DNA of 64,000 nucleotides from a virus (Duplodnaviria; Caudoviricetes): IMG/VR virus record IMGVR_UViG_3300042196_000418; one strand, 5' to 3'. Shown piece by piece: positions 1 to 9,678 of this stretch (position 1 is its first letter; each line of letters starts with the position of its first letter). The notes under the pieces were generated by a model. It saw only the letters and a program-made list of their open reading frames with translations, ran no database searches and was not told where the DNA came from. The position numbers and the translations under genes were made by a program.

Positions 1-2
1 GC

Positions 3-119
3 TGGGAGGGCCGTAGCCACGAGCACTACGTCGACGTACGGATCTACGTGCCCGCGCTCGACATCGAGCACGTCGTCGACGGCACGCATCCCGACGGCAT
101 CACGGTGGAGGCTGCGTGA
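3..119 (+). CDS. Hypothetical protein, 5'-truncated by window edge
   Basis: Open frame WEGRSHEHYVDVRIYVPALD...EAA* ending in GTGA overlap with next gene. Confidence 0.6.
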   Translation, partial: WEGRSHEHYVDVRIYVPALDIEHVVDGTHPDGITVEAA

Positions 120-442
120 GCACGCCACTCAAGGCCGGCACGATCGTCTACCGCGTGGTCGAAGTAGATCCACCTGACGATACGCCGCACACGTGGAAGG
201 TCGCCTGCGTCACCGTGGAACGCGCGAGCGGAAGGCAGGTCAAACTCCAGAGGCGCTTTGTCGGCGTCTCGAACGTCCTGTTCGAGCCGAGCGCCCTCGG
301 CCGCATCTTCTTCGAGACCCCGCTGCAAGCCATTCGGTTCTTCCTGACAGCGCGGCTTCTTGAGCTGGAGTCGCTCGCTCGCAAGAAGACGGAAGCCGCG
401 CGTGCGATCGCGTGGGCCTCCTGCCAAGAGGGCATGCCGTGA
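116..442 (+). CDS. Hypothetical protein
   Basis: 108 aa ORF, GTGA-coupled at both ends. Confidence 0.75.
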   Translation: MSTPLKAGTIVYRVVEVDPPDDTPHTWKVACVTVERASGRQVKLQRRFVGVSNVLFEPSALGRIFFETPLQAIRFFLTARLLELESLARKKTEAARAIAWASCQEGMP

Positions 443-488
443 AAGGACGGGCTAAAAACCGACGAACCCACCGCAGAGGAGAACATAA

Positions 489-767
489 GTGAGCAGAGAC
501 ACTATTCTCACCGACGAGGCCGATGTCCGGTACTCGTACGACAACATCAGAACGCAAGGCTGGCTCAGCGGTCATGCGAGCGGCCTCGACGCCGCCGCCG
601 AGTATCTTCACGAGCGCGCTGTAAAGCTATTCCGCGATGGCAAGGACGAGGAAGCAACGCGCCTGCGACGTCTCGCAGAGGACATGGTCAAGGAACTTCG
701 CCCGCAGATGGAAAAGCGTACGAAGGACCACGCGAAGGAACATCCCGCCGTCATCGAGGCTGAATAG
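489..767 (+). CDS. Hypothetical helical protein
   Basis: 92 aa ORF, SD-like GAGGAG upstream. Confidence 0.75.
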   Translation: MSRDTILTDEADVRYSYDNIRTQGWLSGHASGLDAAAEYLHERAVKLFRDGKDEEATRLRRLAEDMVKELRPQMEKRTKDHAKEHPAVIEAE

Positions 768-946
768 TGGGCGACAAACGAACCCCCATAGAACCAACCG
801 CGGATGAACTCGCTGCACGTGAAGCTGCTGCCGATCCGTTCATCGAGCGGTGTCGAAAGTGCACGCGCTGCCGCGGCTCCGGCGTCGTTACCAACCGACT
901 GGGGATCATCGGCTACGCGCCGTGCCCCGAGTGCGTGACGCTGTGA
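767..946 (+). CDS. Small DnaJ-type zinc-finger protein (59 aa, absent from ORF track)
   Basis: Read manually: MGDKRTP...CTRCRGSG...CPECVTL*; overlaps both neighbours. Confidence 0.7.
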   Translation: MGDKRTPIEPTADELAAREAAADPFIERCRKCTRCRGSGVVTNRLGIIGYAPCPECVTL

Positions 947-1617
947 CGTTCGACGGCAACGACAACACGCGCCGTGAGGCTGCCGCGCTACGTCGCCAGG
1001 GAGCGTTGTCGCGCGCAACCTTTGGGAAGCCACGGGGGACGCGCACGGAAGCCGCGGCAGCCAGGACGCCGGTTCCTGGGCGCTACTATCCGAACACAGC
1101 TGCCGAGTTCGTCGTCCCAGCGAAGGACTTCCGTTTGGATACGTACCTCCACATCCTGTGGTTGGACATCGACGAAGAGACGCGTGTGCTGGCGACGTAC
1201 GTCATCGCGGAGTTCGGCGACGCCTCTTGCGTTCATGATCTTGCAGCGCTGCTGCATGCCGATCGTCTCGCAGACGGACGCACGTTTGGTGAAGAAGCGC
1301 GCCGTGGCGCAGCGTTCGCGCTGGCGAGCATCGGTGGTCCAGACGCTGAAGATAGTCTCTGGAGCGCGCTCGAACGGAAGGCGTGCCCTGTCCATGTGCG
1401 CGAGGCCGCCCTCGACGGTCTCTTGGATCTGATGACGCCCGACGGATGGGAAAACTACAACTTTCAGAGCACGACAAAGATTTCCTTGCCGACGAACGTC
1501 CGCGAGCGGCTACTGCGCGTGCAAGACGATCTCCCTTTTCTCGGCAGACTTCTCGAAACCTTCTTCGACCGCGACGCAGCTGTCCAAAGCTCCGACGCCA
1601 GCCAAGGGAGCATGTAA
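943..1617 (+). CDS. HEAT/PBS-lyase-like repeat protein
   Basis: ARRGAAFALASIGGPDAEDSL and VREAALDGL helices; start moved from 850 to coupled GTG at 943. Confidence 0.6.
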   Translation: MTFDGNDNTRREAAALRRQGALSRATFGKPRGTRTEAAAARTPVPGRYYPNTAAEFVVPAKDFRLDTYLHILWLDIDEETRVLATYVIAEFGDASCVHDLAALLHADRLADGRTFGEEARRGAAFALASIGGPDAEDSLWSALERKACPVHVREAALDGLLDLMTPDGWENYNFQSTTKISLPTNVRERLLRVQDDLPFLGRLLETFFDRDAAVQSSDASQGSM

Positions 1618-1979
1618 TGGGTCTCGCACTCCGCCTCCTTCCCGTCGATCGCTTCCACGACGGCTTCGGCCTCTCCCGTTCTGTCCTCGAACTCGGGGGT
1701 CTCAGCTGGGACCTCGGCAGCACGATCCGCGATCTCGCGCGGCGACTCCCTGATGGCCACGACATCTCGGCGTACGGCGGCAAGGAGATCCCGGACGGCC
1801 AGTGCAAGGGCGAGCGTTGCCACGGCAAGCTCGTGGATGATGTCTACGGCGATCCATATTGCTGGCTCACCGCGAAGGAGCTGCGTCCCGTGCTCGCCGA
1901 GCACTGGCCAAAGCATCCGGTCAGGGCTTACGTGCTCACGATGCCAGACGACCAACTTATCGTGCTGGATTGGCACTGA
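1617..1979 (+). CDS. Hypothetical protein
   Basis: TAATG-coupled, 120 aa, ends VLDWH. Confidence 0.75.
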   Translation: MGLALRLLPVDRFHDGFGLSRSVLELGGLSWDLGSTIRDLARRLPDGHDISAYGGKEIPDGQCKGERCHGKLVDDVYGDPYCWLTAKELRPVLAEHWPKHPVRAYVLTMPDDQLIVLDWH

Positions 1980-2128
1980 TGCTTCGACGTCGACAACCAG
2001 GCCGACGGCTGAACCATCTCCCGGCTGGAAGGCCGCAGCCGACGCGCACCTCACCGTTCGCGCTCTGCGCCGCAGGCGAGAAGCTACTTATGGCGACAGC
2101 GCCCGAGTCTGAACCGAAGGAGGACTAG

Positions 2129-2353
2129 GTGGCATCACGATGGCTCTCCGAGCCGGCGATAATACGGGACCGACACGAACAGGGACTGCCATGTGAAATC
2201 TGCACGGCGCGCATTCCGGATATCACTGGAGCTCCAGACGAACAGCGCCACGCGATCGTCCACGACGTGGTTTTGTGTCGCGAGCGCTGTCTGCCGATCG
2301 TCGAGCGCATTTTGGCGCGCGCGCTCCTCGCCCGATCCAAAGGAGGCCGCTGA
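2129..2353 (+). CDS. Small Cys-motif protein
   Basis: CEIC and CRERC motifs; AGGAGG upstream. Confidence 0.6.
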   Translation: MASRWLSEPAIIRDRHEQGLPCEICTARIPDITGAPDEQRHAIVHDVVLCRERCLPIVERILARALLARSKGGR

Positions 2354-2355
2354 CC

Positions 2356-2577
2356 ATGGCGTACATCGCCGCTAGCACCGGCTGCTGCCTCTGCAAGGAG
2401 TGCTGGAACATCGCCGACGTTCCGCACGAGACGCGCGGCGTGATCTTCACGGTGCGCACGAGGTCAGACGACGGCTTCGAGTACCACGTGCTGCCCCAAG
2501 GCTTCGCCACCAAGATGGCCGCCGAAGCAGCCCTCAAGATGAAGCAGGACCAGGTCATCAAGGACGTGACGCCGTGA
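2356..2577 (+). CDS. Hypothetical protein
   Basis: AGGAGG then ATG; CCLCKEC motif. Confidence 0.7.
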   Translation: MAYIAASTGCCLCKECWNIADVPHETRGVIFTVRTRSDDGFEYHVLPQGFATKMAAEAALKMKQDQVIKDVTP

Positions 2578-2843
2578 TCGGAACTGTCGCCACTGACTCC
2601 GGTTGGGGTCAGTGGGCCGGGGGCACCGAGCGCTCCTTCGAGCGCGCCGACGTCATCGCGATCGGCAAACTGCGTCGCACCGGAGATAACCGCATCCACC
2701 TCGTCGTGCGTCTTGCCGACAACCACGAAGTCTTCATCAACGCGTCAACGCAGTCCGCGGACGACGGACGTTGGCTGTACAAGGCCGGTAAGGATCTCCA
2801 GCCCGGACACGACAGTGTCAACTGGAAGGCGGTGCAGCCGTGA
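2574..2843 (+). CDS. Hypothetical protein
   Basis: GTGA-coupled ORF. Confidence 0.7.
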   Translation: MIGTVATDSGWGQWAGGTERSFERADVIAIGKLRRTGDNRIHLVVRLADNHEVFINASTQSADDGRWLYKAGKDLQPGHDSVNWKAVQP

Positions 2844-3175
2844 CCGCAACTGCAAAGCGTAAGACGACAACGAAGCGCTCAACGAAGCGCGCACCTGCGT
2901 GGACCAAGACGATCAATCCGAAGGCGTTCGCCAGCCTCGACGCGGCCGGGGGCAAGGAAACCATGATCGCCGTCTACTGGTCGGGGTACGGCGATGCCCG
3001 AGACGCTCGCGATGGCGGCATGGGGCACCGCATGCAGCGTGACAAGGTAATCGCGAGCCTTGGTCTCGACCGCTGTCCCGATCCCGGATTCACCCCCGAG
3101 GAGATGCAGTCAATCGCGTACGCCGCAAAGATGGCCGCGCTCAAGTGCCTTCGCCTGCGAGGGCGCCGTGGTTGA
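2840..3175 (+). CDS. Hypothetical protein with basic N-terminus
   Basis: GTGA-coupled 111 aa ORF. Confidence 0.7.
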   Translation: MTATAKRKTTTKRSTKRAPAWTKTINPKAFASLDAAGGKETMIAVYWSGYGDARDARDGGMGHRMQRDKVIASLGLDRCPDPGFTPEEMQSIAYAAKMAALKCLRLRGRRG

Positions 3176-3512
3176 TTGGGTTGGGTTCATACCAAGGCAC
3201 TTCCCGCGCACACGGCTCGCCAGTGGCCGCGGGCTTTCCGCGTCGCAGCAGTACCAATACGATGTTCTGCGCACCGTCGGAGGCAAGCTCGTGCGAGGCA
3301 AGGACGGCTGCTGGCGCAGAGCGGACACCACCGAGAAGATCTTCGGCCTCAACTTCACGGCCATGTTCAAGCTCGTCGAGTTCGGGCTCGTGGAATGTGT
3401 CGACAACCGCATCGACCGCGGCCTCTTGTTCGTGGTGTCCGCGCTGGCCAAAGACGAGCCGGGCACTCGCTATATCCAGGTGAACCAGATCATCAAGGAG
3501 CTGCCGTCGTGA
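3168..3512 (+). CDS. Hypothetical protein
   Basis: Overlapping ORF in chain. Confidence 0.65.
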   Translation: MVDWVGFIPRHFPRTRLASGRGLSASQQYQYDVLRTVGGKLVRGKDGCWRRADTTEKIFGLNFTAMFKLVEFGLVECVDNRIDRGLLFVVSALAKDEPGTRYIQVNQIIKELPS

Positions 3513-3769
3513 CGCGGAAGCTGAGTCGCCCGCAGTTCGATGCGCTCCGCTACGCGAAGGGGCGCCAGCTCTACGCCAAGGATCTCAACGAGGGCAACGG
3601 CAACCTGCGCCGCACGCTGTTGTGGCTCCTCAAGCACGAGCTGCTCGCGTGGGATCCGATCTACCGGGGCCGCATCGCGCTGACCGCGCTGGGAGCGCAA
3701 ACGCTCGACAAAGAGCGCTCCGCACGACGCGTGATCACGCCGACAGGTGTGCACGAGGAGAAGTCATGA
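3509..3769 (+). CDS. Small winged-helix-like protein
   Basis: LS..Q..AL start and LTALG wing-like end. Confidence 0.55.
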   Translation: MTRKLSRPQFDALRYAKGRQLYAKDLNEGNGNLRRTLLWLLKHELLAWDPIYRGRIALTALGAQTLDKERSARRVITPTGVHEEKS

Positions 3770-4209
3770 CCGCTTCCGAGACCAACGCAGCTTTCGTCAC
3801 GCTCGAAGAAGCGCGCATCAAAGAGAAGGACGCGCGGAAACTGCGCGTTGCCGGTCGCGAGAACGAAGCGCTCGAAGCGTACAGCCAGGCCCGCGAGCTG
3901 TACGCCGACTCCGGTCTGCAATACAGCGGCAACAGCACGATGGCCGACGACGTCATGAGCGCCATCAAGCGCTGCGACGCGATCGCCAACAACATCCGCC
4001 GCCCGAAGGCCAAGCGTCCCACCGCGACCACGCCACGCCCCAACTGCCTGGCGTGCAACAAGCCGCTCCGGCGCTACACGCGCGACGGCCAGACGTTCGA
4101 CGACGGCACGCCGCAAGAGTGGGGCGACTACGGGGATCAGCGCTTTTGCGGCCTGACGTGCGGCTGGAGATGGGCGTGCAGACACGCGCCGATGCCGAAG
4201 GGGAAGTGA
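3766..4209 (+). CDS. Hypothetical protein with C-terminal zinc finger
   Basis: CLAC...FCGLTC. Confidence 0.7.
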   Translation: MTASETNAAFVTLEEARIKEKDARKLRVAGRENEALEAYSQARELYADSGLQYSGNSTMADDVMSAIKRCDAIANNIRRPKAKRPTATTPRPNCLACNKPLRRYTRDGQTFDDGTPQEWGDYGDQRFCGLTCGWRWACRHAPMPKGK

Positions 4210-4409
4210 AAATGTCGCTCTGCCCCAACTGCGAGACTGACAGGCACGCCCGCTGCTGCTCGTGGTGCGGCAAGATCCACAAGCCCGCGCGCTTGCACCA
4301 CGAGCACTGCTCTGCGAAGTGCGACCAAGCGGCAGCGGAGGCTGACCAACTGTCGGCCGCGACGGAGGAAGCGCTCGGCTGCTGCTTCGAGGTCGCAATC
4401 ACACCATGA
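4206..4409 (+). CDS. Small Cys-rich protein
   Basis: CPNC, CSWC, CSAKC. Confidence 0.6.
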   Translation: MKMSLCPNCETDRHARCCSWCGKIHKPARLHHEHCSAKCDQAAAEADQLSAATEEALGCCFEVAITP

Positions 4410-5014
4410 CGGAGAATGCGGCCCAGCGCATTCGCGGCAGCCGCTGTGTGGTCTGCAACGCTCGGACTACGGCGTGGTACTGCCTGGACTGTGGCGTCTC
4501 GACCACGTCTGGCGGGCGAAGCGATGCCGATCTGACGAAGTATCGAAATGCCTCGGCGGCCAGGTGGCAAACGATGCGCGACGAACGTACGACGGTAGCG
4601 AACACGATCGGATGGGAACTCCATGCGGACGGCATCATTCGATCGTCCGCGCCGACACCGGTGACTCCGAGCGATCCACGACGCTGGTGCGATGACTGCC
4701 TTTGTTATGGGGTCCACCGGCCTGGATGCGGCCTCATTGAAATGGATGGCCGCTTCGTCGGGGGCTACGAGAGGATGTCGCCAAAGCCAAAGTTCACTCG
4801 CGCTCGACCGCTCGCTACACCTGAACCTTGGTGGGACCCGAGAACTCGTCGGTTGCATGACAGGGCCGTGCGTCGCCGCTGGACATTGTTCACCGAGCAG
4901 TGGTCCGCCGTTGCCCTGCTCAACCTGACCGCTGCGCTGGAGCGTGGGCTCGCCGCCGACAAGGGCCGACCGGCGCTCAGCGCTCAGCACTCAGCTCTGG
5001 CGGATCCCTCGTGA
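4406..5014 (+). CDS. Hypothetical Cys-motif protein
   Basis: ATGA-coupled 202 aa, three CxxC. Confidence 0.6.
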   Translation: MTENAAQRIRGSRCVVCNARTTAWYCLDCGVSTTSGGRSDADLTKYRNASAARWQTMRDERTTVANTIGWELHADGIIRSSAPTPVTPSDPRRWCDDCLCYGVHRPGCGLIEMDGRFVGGYERMSPKPKFTRARPLATPEPWWDPRTRRLHDRAVRRRWTLFTEQWSAVALLNLTAALERGLAADKGRPALSAQHSALADPS

Positions 5015-5016
5015 TC

Positions 5017-5140
5017 CCGGGTAGTCCAGTACCCGGCTCTCGAGCGCCACGCCGCCGTGAGCAGGGAGCTCTGGGTATCGAGCTACCCAGGTTTTACGTC
5101 CGCGGGCTTAGGCCGCTGGAATCACGGCACGCCGCAAGCA
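5017..5140 (+). promoter_or_regulatory. Two GGGTA-N6-TACCC palindromes plus sigma54-type -24/-12 element
   Basis: Palindromes 5019-5034 and 5073-5088; GGCACGCCGCAAGCA with GG 5126-27 and GC 5138-39. Confidence 0.75.
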
Positions 5141-5153
5141 AAGGAGGATCAGC

Positions 5154-5597
5154 ATGCCGCGCTACATGACGTTCCGATTCGACGTGACCGCACTCACCGA
5201 GCGCCAGCGCGAGATCCTCGCTGGCTCGGTGATCGCTCAGCATGAGGCGAGCGACTTCAACTACGAGACGACCCAGGAGTGGGCGGACGAGAACTACCCC
5301 ACCGTCAAGGTTGCTGAGGTCTGCCACTTTTGCGGGCAGGTGAACGAGAACGGTGAGTGCGGTGGCGAGGGCGAGGGCATCTGCACCGAGCTTATGTGCG
5401 TGTCCGACTTCGCGCTGCCCGGCAAGCTTTCACCCACGTACAGCGACGACGTCGAAGCGTACGTGCGCGACTACTGCGCCGAGCACGGCATCGAGGACTC
5501 GCTCGTGCCCTACCGCGCTGACGGACTGACGTACTACCAGCAGCTCGCGTACATGGTGCGCGAGTACCACGACCTTCCCCAGCCCAAAGGCGAATGA
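5154..5597 (+). CDS. Acidic hypothetical protein, first gene of operon
   Basis: 147 aa, CHFC...C motif, strongly GC3-biased codons. Confidence 0.8.
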   Translation: MPRYMTFRFDVTALTERQREILAGSVIAQHEASDFNYETTQEWADENYPTVKVAEVCHFCGQVNENGECGGEGEGICTELMCVSDFALPGKLSPTYSDDVEAYVRDYCAEHGIEDSLVPYRADGLTYYQQLAYMVREYHDLPQPKGE

Positions 5598-5622
5598 TCA
5601 TGCTGACCACGACCGGGAGACC

Positions 5623-5847
5623 ATGAAGATGAAACGTCCCTGGCTGAGACCGTCGATCCGTGTTGGATGCCAGGTGCGCATCCATAAGGCCGTTCCTGGC
5701 TTCGGCGAGGCGCTCGATCGCTACGCTGACGTGATTGCCGAGAATCCTGGACACTTGCTGTTCAAGGTGCGCGTTCATGGCGGACCTGCGAAGGGTCAGG
5801 AGCACTGGATGCGTCTCGAAGATCTTCAACTCGTCGGTGTTACCTGA
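5623..5847 (+). CDS. Small beta-rich (SH3-like) hypothetical protein
   Basis: IRVGCQVRI...W..LEDL pattern. Confidence 0.6.
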   Translation: MKMKRPWLRPSIRVGCQVRIHKAVPGFGEALDRYADVIAENPGHLLFKVRVHGGPAKGQEHWMRLEDLQLVGVT

Positions 5848-5881
5848 ACCCCGCGCCTCGCGCCCCGAAGGAGTCTTGACC

Positions 5882-6082
5882 ATGGTTGCGCTCTTGACCA
5901 CCATCATCCAGTTTGCCCTGCACCTCAACGATCCGCAGTGGTCGTGCGAAGTCACGCACCGCGATCCCAGCATCGCCGGAACCTACTACCTGTACTGCTC
6001 ACAGATGACGCCCGACGGCGTGGAGCTTGTCACCGTCGGCCGTTTCATCTCTGACGCGAAGGCGTCGAAGGTCACGCCGTGA
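5882..6082 (+). CDS. Hypothetical protein
   Basis: AAGGAG SD; GTGA-coupled to next gene. Confidence 0.65.
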   Translation: MVALLTTIIQFALHLNDPQWSCEVTHRDPSIAGTYYLYCSQMTPDGVELVTVGRFISDAKASKVTP

Positions 6083-6402
6083 AGCTCTACGCGCGCACAC
6101 CAGCCGGCACGGGCCTCGGCCTTGATGTCCTGCTAACCGGTCAGCTGAACGAGTCGGACGGCAAGATCCGCAGTATCGAGGTCTCCCTGCCGAATGGCTG
6201 CGTGCAGGTCGTTGGCTGCCGCATCAAGACAATGCCCAAGATGCCGCGTGGTCGACAGCTTCTGTGGACAGACCCCGCTGACATCTACGCCGACGATGGG
6301 GACAGCCTCAGCCCTGAAGAGTTGCGCAACGAAGCTGCGCGCGTTCGCGAGAAGCGCCGCGCAGAAATGCTGCACGGACCGCTCGGGGAGAACTGGCCGT
6401 GA
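6079..6402 (+). CDS. Hypothetical protein
   Basis: Coupled ORF. Confidence 0.7.
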   Translation: MKLYARTPAGTGLGLDVLLTGQLNESDGKIRSIEVSLPNGCVQVVGCRIKTMPKMPRGRQLLWTDPADIYADDGDSLSPEELRNEAARVREKRRAEMLHGPLGENWP

Positions 6403-6710
6403 GCGCCAAAGCCGAATTCGAGTTCCACGACGTGATCCGCGTGCGGATCGAGCTGCGTGCGCCCAAGAAAGGCGCGCTAACCTGGGCTGTTCCCATCGAG
6501 GCGACGCCCGCGGAGGCACTCGATCACGTCACCTGCGGACGCGACGTCTGGTCGGCCGGCGAAGCGGGCTTCGGCTTCTACGCCACCTGTGATGACGGCG
6601 AGCTTGCCTACTTGGCCGAGGTGGGCATGCGCTACATCGTCGTGTACGTCGACCACGTGCGCACCGAGCCCCGCCTCAACAACGTCATCCCTCACGTCAA
6701 GCTGCTCTAG
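6399..6710 (+). CDS. Hypothetical protein
   Basis: Coupled ORF. Confidence 0.7.
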   Translation: MSAKAEFEFHDVIRVRIELRAPKKGALTWAVPIEATPAEALDHVTCGRDVWSAGEAGFGFYATCDDGELAYLAEVGMRYIVVYVDHVRTEPRLNNVIPHVKLL

Positions 6711-6716
6711 GAGCAC

Positions 6717-8237
6717 ATGAGCGTCACGCAAAAGAACTGGTTCGACGTCGATCGCAAGGGGCTCGCGAAGCTCATCGAGCGCCGCGGTGGCGGCTCGGGC
6801 TGGGGCAGCGAGGGCGGTGGCAAGATCGCCCTGCTCCTGGAGCTGATCGCGAACGCGCTCGACGCCGACGGCGTGACGCACGTCGAGGTCGTGCTGGAAC
6901 CCGAGCAGGGCGTGCCTCACGCGACGATCCTGGTAAGCGACGACGCCCCCGGCGGCTTCGAGGACATCACCCATGCCTGGACGCTGTTCGCCGAGTCGAG
7001 CCGCAAGGCGTACCCGACCAAGCGCGGGCGGTTCGATCTGGGCGAGAAGCTTGTGCTCGCACTCTGCGTCGAGGCGTCGATCATCTCCACCAAGAGCGCG
7101 GTGCAGTTCGACGCGCGCGGACGCGCGCCGATGAAGGCGCGGCGCGAACGCGGCACCGAGTTCCAGGGCATCGCGCGCATCACGCGTGCCGAGCTGGCCG
7201 AGATCAAGGCCGGCCTCAAGAAGATCATCGTGCCCGCGGGCGTCACGCTCCTCATCAACGGTGAGCAGCTGCCCGTGCGCGTGCTCCTCAAGACGGTCGA
7301 GGCAACCCTGGCGACCGAGATCTCGGATGACGAGGGTGTGCTGCGTAGGTCCATCCGCAAGACGACGGTGGACATCTACGAGCCACTGCCTGGCGAGACC
7401 CCGATGCTCTACGAACTGGGCATGCCCGTCGTCGAGACGGGTGACAAGTTCCACGTGTCCGTATCGCAAAAAGTGCCGCTCAATATGGACCGCGACAACG
7501 TGACACCCGCGTACCTGCGCGACGTGCGCACGGTCGTCGTCAACGCGATGCATGACAAGCTCACCGAGGACGACGGCAACGCAACGTTCGTGAACGAGGC
7601 CCTCGCCGATGATGATGTCGCGCCCGAGGCCGCGAACAAGGCGCTCGATCTCAAGTTCACCAAGAAGCGCGCGATCTGGGATCCGAACGATCTCGAAGCG
7701 AACATGAACCTGGAGAGCCAGGGCTACACGCTGATCAAGGGCGGGCAGCTCACCGGTGACCAGTGGGCGAACGCCAAGAAGCACGATCCGAAGCTCAAGC
7801 CCGCAGGTCAGATCGCGCCGACCAAGAAGGTCCTGTTCGCGCCCGACGGCAAGGACTGCTGGGTGCCGCGCGCGAAGTGGACGCCCGCGATGCGAGCCGT
7901 CGTCGCGTACGCAACCGAGGTCTGCCGCGCGCTGATCGGCTCGCGCGTCGAGGTGTCGGTCATGTCCGACATCACCGAGAGCGCGGGTGCCTGCTACGGC
8001 AGCCAGGGCCTCGTGTTCAACCTCGGGCGCCTGGGGCACGACTTCTTCAACGCGTGCAGCCACGGGCCGACCGATCAGCTGAACCAGCTGCTCCTCCACG
8101 AGCTGGGCCACGGCTTGCCCGGCGGAGACAACCACCTCGACGCCAAATACCACGAGGGTCTCTGCAAACTGGGAGCGAAGCTCACCAGGCTCGCGCTCGA
8201 CCTGCCCCATCTGTTCACCTGGAGCTTCTTGCCATGA
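6717..8237 (+). CDS. GHKL (Hsp90/MORC-like) ATPase with C-terminal HEXXH zincin motif
   Basis: N-box ELIANALDA, G1-like SDDAPGGF, G2 GRFDLGEK; C-terminal LLLHELGH...NH...YH. Confidence 0.8.
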   Translation: MSVTQKNWFDVDRKGLAKLIERRGGGSGWGSEGGGKIALLLELIANALDADGVTHVEVVLEPEQGVPHATILVSDDAPGGFEDITHAWTLFAESSRKAYPTKRGRFDLGEKLVLALCVEASIISTKSAVQFDARGRAPMKARRERGTEFQGIARITRAELAEIKAGLKKIIVPAGVTLLINGEQLPVRVLLKTVEATLATEISDDEGVLRRSIRKTTVDIYEPLPGETPMLYELGMPVVETGDKFHVSVSQKVPLNMDRDNVTPAYLRDVRTVVVNAMHDKLTEDDGNATFVNEALADDDVAPEAANKALDLKFTKKRAIWDPNDLEANMNLESQGYTLIKGGQLTGDQWANAKKHDPKLKPAGQIAPTKKVLFAPDGKDCWVPRAKWTPAMRAVVAYATEVCRALIGSRVEVSVMSDITESAGACYGSQGLVFNLGRLGHDFFNACSHGPTDQLNQLLLHELGHGLPGGDNHLDAKYHEGLCKLGAKLTRLALDLPHLFTWSFLP

Positions 8238-8431
8238 TCGTCAAAACCGAGAAGGTCGACGGCAAACGGATCGAGATCCACGAGGATCGCTTCGGCACAC
8301 GTCGCTACTGGGCCAAGGTCGACGGCATCGGCCTGTTCCAGCGTGGCCGGATGCGCATGCGCACGTTCACCACCATCGACGCGGCGAAGAAGGCAGCTCT
8401 TCAGAACGTGCGCACGACGGAGGCACCGTGA
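8234..8431 (+). CDS. Small basic hypothetical protein
   Basis: ATGA-coupled to ATPase gene. Confidence 0.7.
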   Translation: MIVKTEKVDGKRIEIHEDRFGTRRYWAKVDGIGLFQRGRMRMRTFTTIDAAKKAALQNVRTTEAP

Positions 8432-8889
8432 ACGACAGCGACCGCATTCCGATCACGTGTCCCGGCATCCTGTGGCTGCACAGCCTGGTGACGATCAACG
8501 CGGAGACGCACATCATCATCCGGCCGACAGCGGCGTTCCGCGTGCGATGCATCCTCATCCCGGACAAGGCGGCACGAGACATCGCGATCCGGAACATCCG
8601 CATCGGCGTCAACAGCCAGCTCGCACGCGACACGAGCATTGCCGCGTCGGAATTTACATGGAAACCGCGGATCGATCTCGAGCCGCTCCGAAAGGAATAC
8701 GGCCCGCACCCGATGAACGCGTCGCTGTTCGCGCAACTGATCCATCGACGCCCCGAGATACGCCTCGACACGATCACGTGTGCGAAAGACCTCGCGTTCA
8801 TCGTCGAGCCGTACGATCCGGCAGCACACACACCAGAAATCTTTGAGGCGTTCCTGCTCGGGACGATGATCGGGCCAGTGCCTTCGTGA
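8428..8889 (+). CDS. Hypothetical protein, possibly one copy of the beta-rich repeat at 61319-64000
   Basis: IIIRPTAAFRVRCILI...IRNIRIGVNSQL...ASEF...FEAFLLG resembles ITxRPQ..FxPERLVI...DIKxGxRSQL...F.A...G. Confidence 0.65.
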   Translation: MNDSDRIPITCPGILWLHSLVTINAETHIIIRPTAAFRVRCILIPDKAARDIAIRNIRIGVNSQLARDTSIAASEFTWKPRIDLEPLRKEYGPHPMNASLFAQLIHRRPEIRLDTITCAKDLAFIVEPYDPAAHTPEIFEAFLLGTMIGPVPS

Positions 8890-9227
8890 CCGGCACACCA
8901 AAGCTGTGGCTCGTGCGCCGCTCCGCGAATGCGCGTACGCATCGCGGGCCGCGGCTCTACTGGCTCGCGATCGCGTCCCACGGTCCCAAGCAAGTCACGC
9001 TGGCGAAGCCCTACTGCGGCCGGATCTCCTTCAAGCGGTCCGAACTCGACGCGTGGGGGCTATCCGAGACAGCCGAAGCTGCGATCGAGCTGTTCCGTGA
9101 TCGCGCACACCAGTGGCGTGAGAACGCGCTGGAGGACCTCGGGCGTGCGGATCGCGACCTCGCGTTTGCCGCGCATCGAACGATCGCGAACGCGCTCCGG
9201 TACGCGAAGGAGGAAGGTTCATCATGA
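8886..9227 (+). CDS. Hypothetical protein
   Basis: Coupled ORF. Confidence 0.7.
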   Translation: MTGTPKLWLVRRSANARTHRGPRLYWLAIASHGPKQVTLAKPYCGRISFKRSELDAWGLSETAEAAIELFRDRAHQWRENALEDLGRADRDLAFAAHRTIANALRYAKEEGSS

Positions 9228-9487
9228 AGCTCCGTGTGATCGATGCTCTCCAGATGCCCGAGGTACTGGCCGGGGCGAAATGGATCGCACTGCCGCTTCC
9301 CGGCGGGATGGTGCTGCCCACGCAGACCATCGGCGTCGACACGGACCGCAAGAAGATGCACTGGTGCGATCGCGTCTACGACCCGCGTGCGGTGCGGCCC
9401 TCCCACTTCGGGACGGAGGCCGCGCTCACGCTCGGGCAACTGCTTGGCGAGTGTGTGCTCGTCGACGCGGAAAGGACCCCACAATGA
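9224..9487 (+). CDS. Hypothetical protein
   Basis: Coupled ORF. Confidence 0.7.
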   Translation: MKLRVIDALQMPEVLAGAKWIALPLPGGMVLPTQTIGVDTDRKKMHWCDRVYDPRAVRPSHFGTEAALTLGQLLGECVLVDAERTPQ

Positions 9488-9678
9488 AGCTTCACGGCAT
9501 CAAAAAGTCCTTACCGCGCTGGATCGTCTTCGACGAAATCGGCGGCCCGATGACGTACCACCAGACACAAGATGAGGCCCACGCAGCAGCCAAGGAGCGC
9601 GGAGCCGGACGCACGATCGTCTACGTCGCGCAGATCCTGCTCACGAACGATTCCGCGCAATGGAAGAAAGACACGTGA
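9484..9678 (+). CDS. Hypothetical protein
   Basis: Coupled ORF. Confidence 0.65.
   Translation: MKLHGIKKSLPRWIVFDEIGGPMTYHQTQDEAHAAAKERGAGRTIVYVAQILLTNDSAQWKKDT

Noticed and set aside
6477-8210. 577-aa minus-strand ORF
   Set aside because: Antisense shadow of the GHKL gene, which has clear motifs; common in GC-rich DNA
6717-8237. Histidine kinase, gyrase B or MutL call
   Set aside because: No H-box, sensor, TOPRIM or MutL C-terminal motifs; only the GHKL fold is supported
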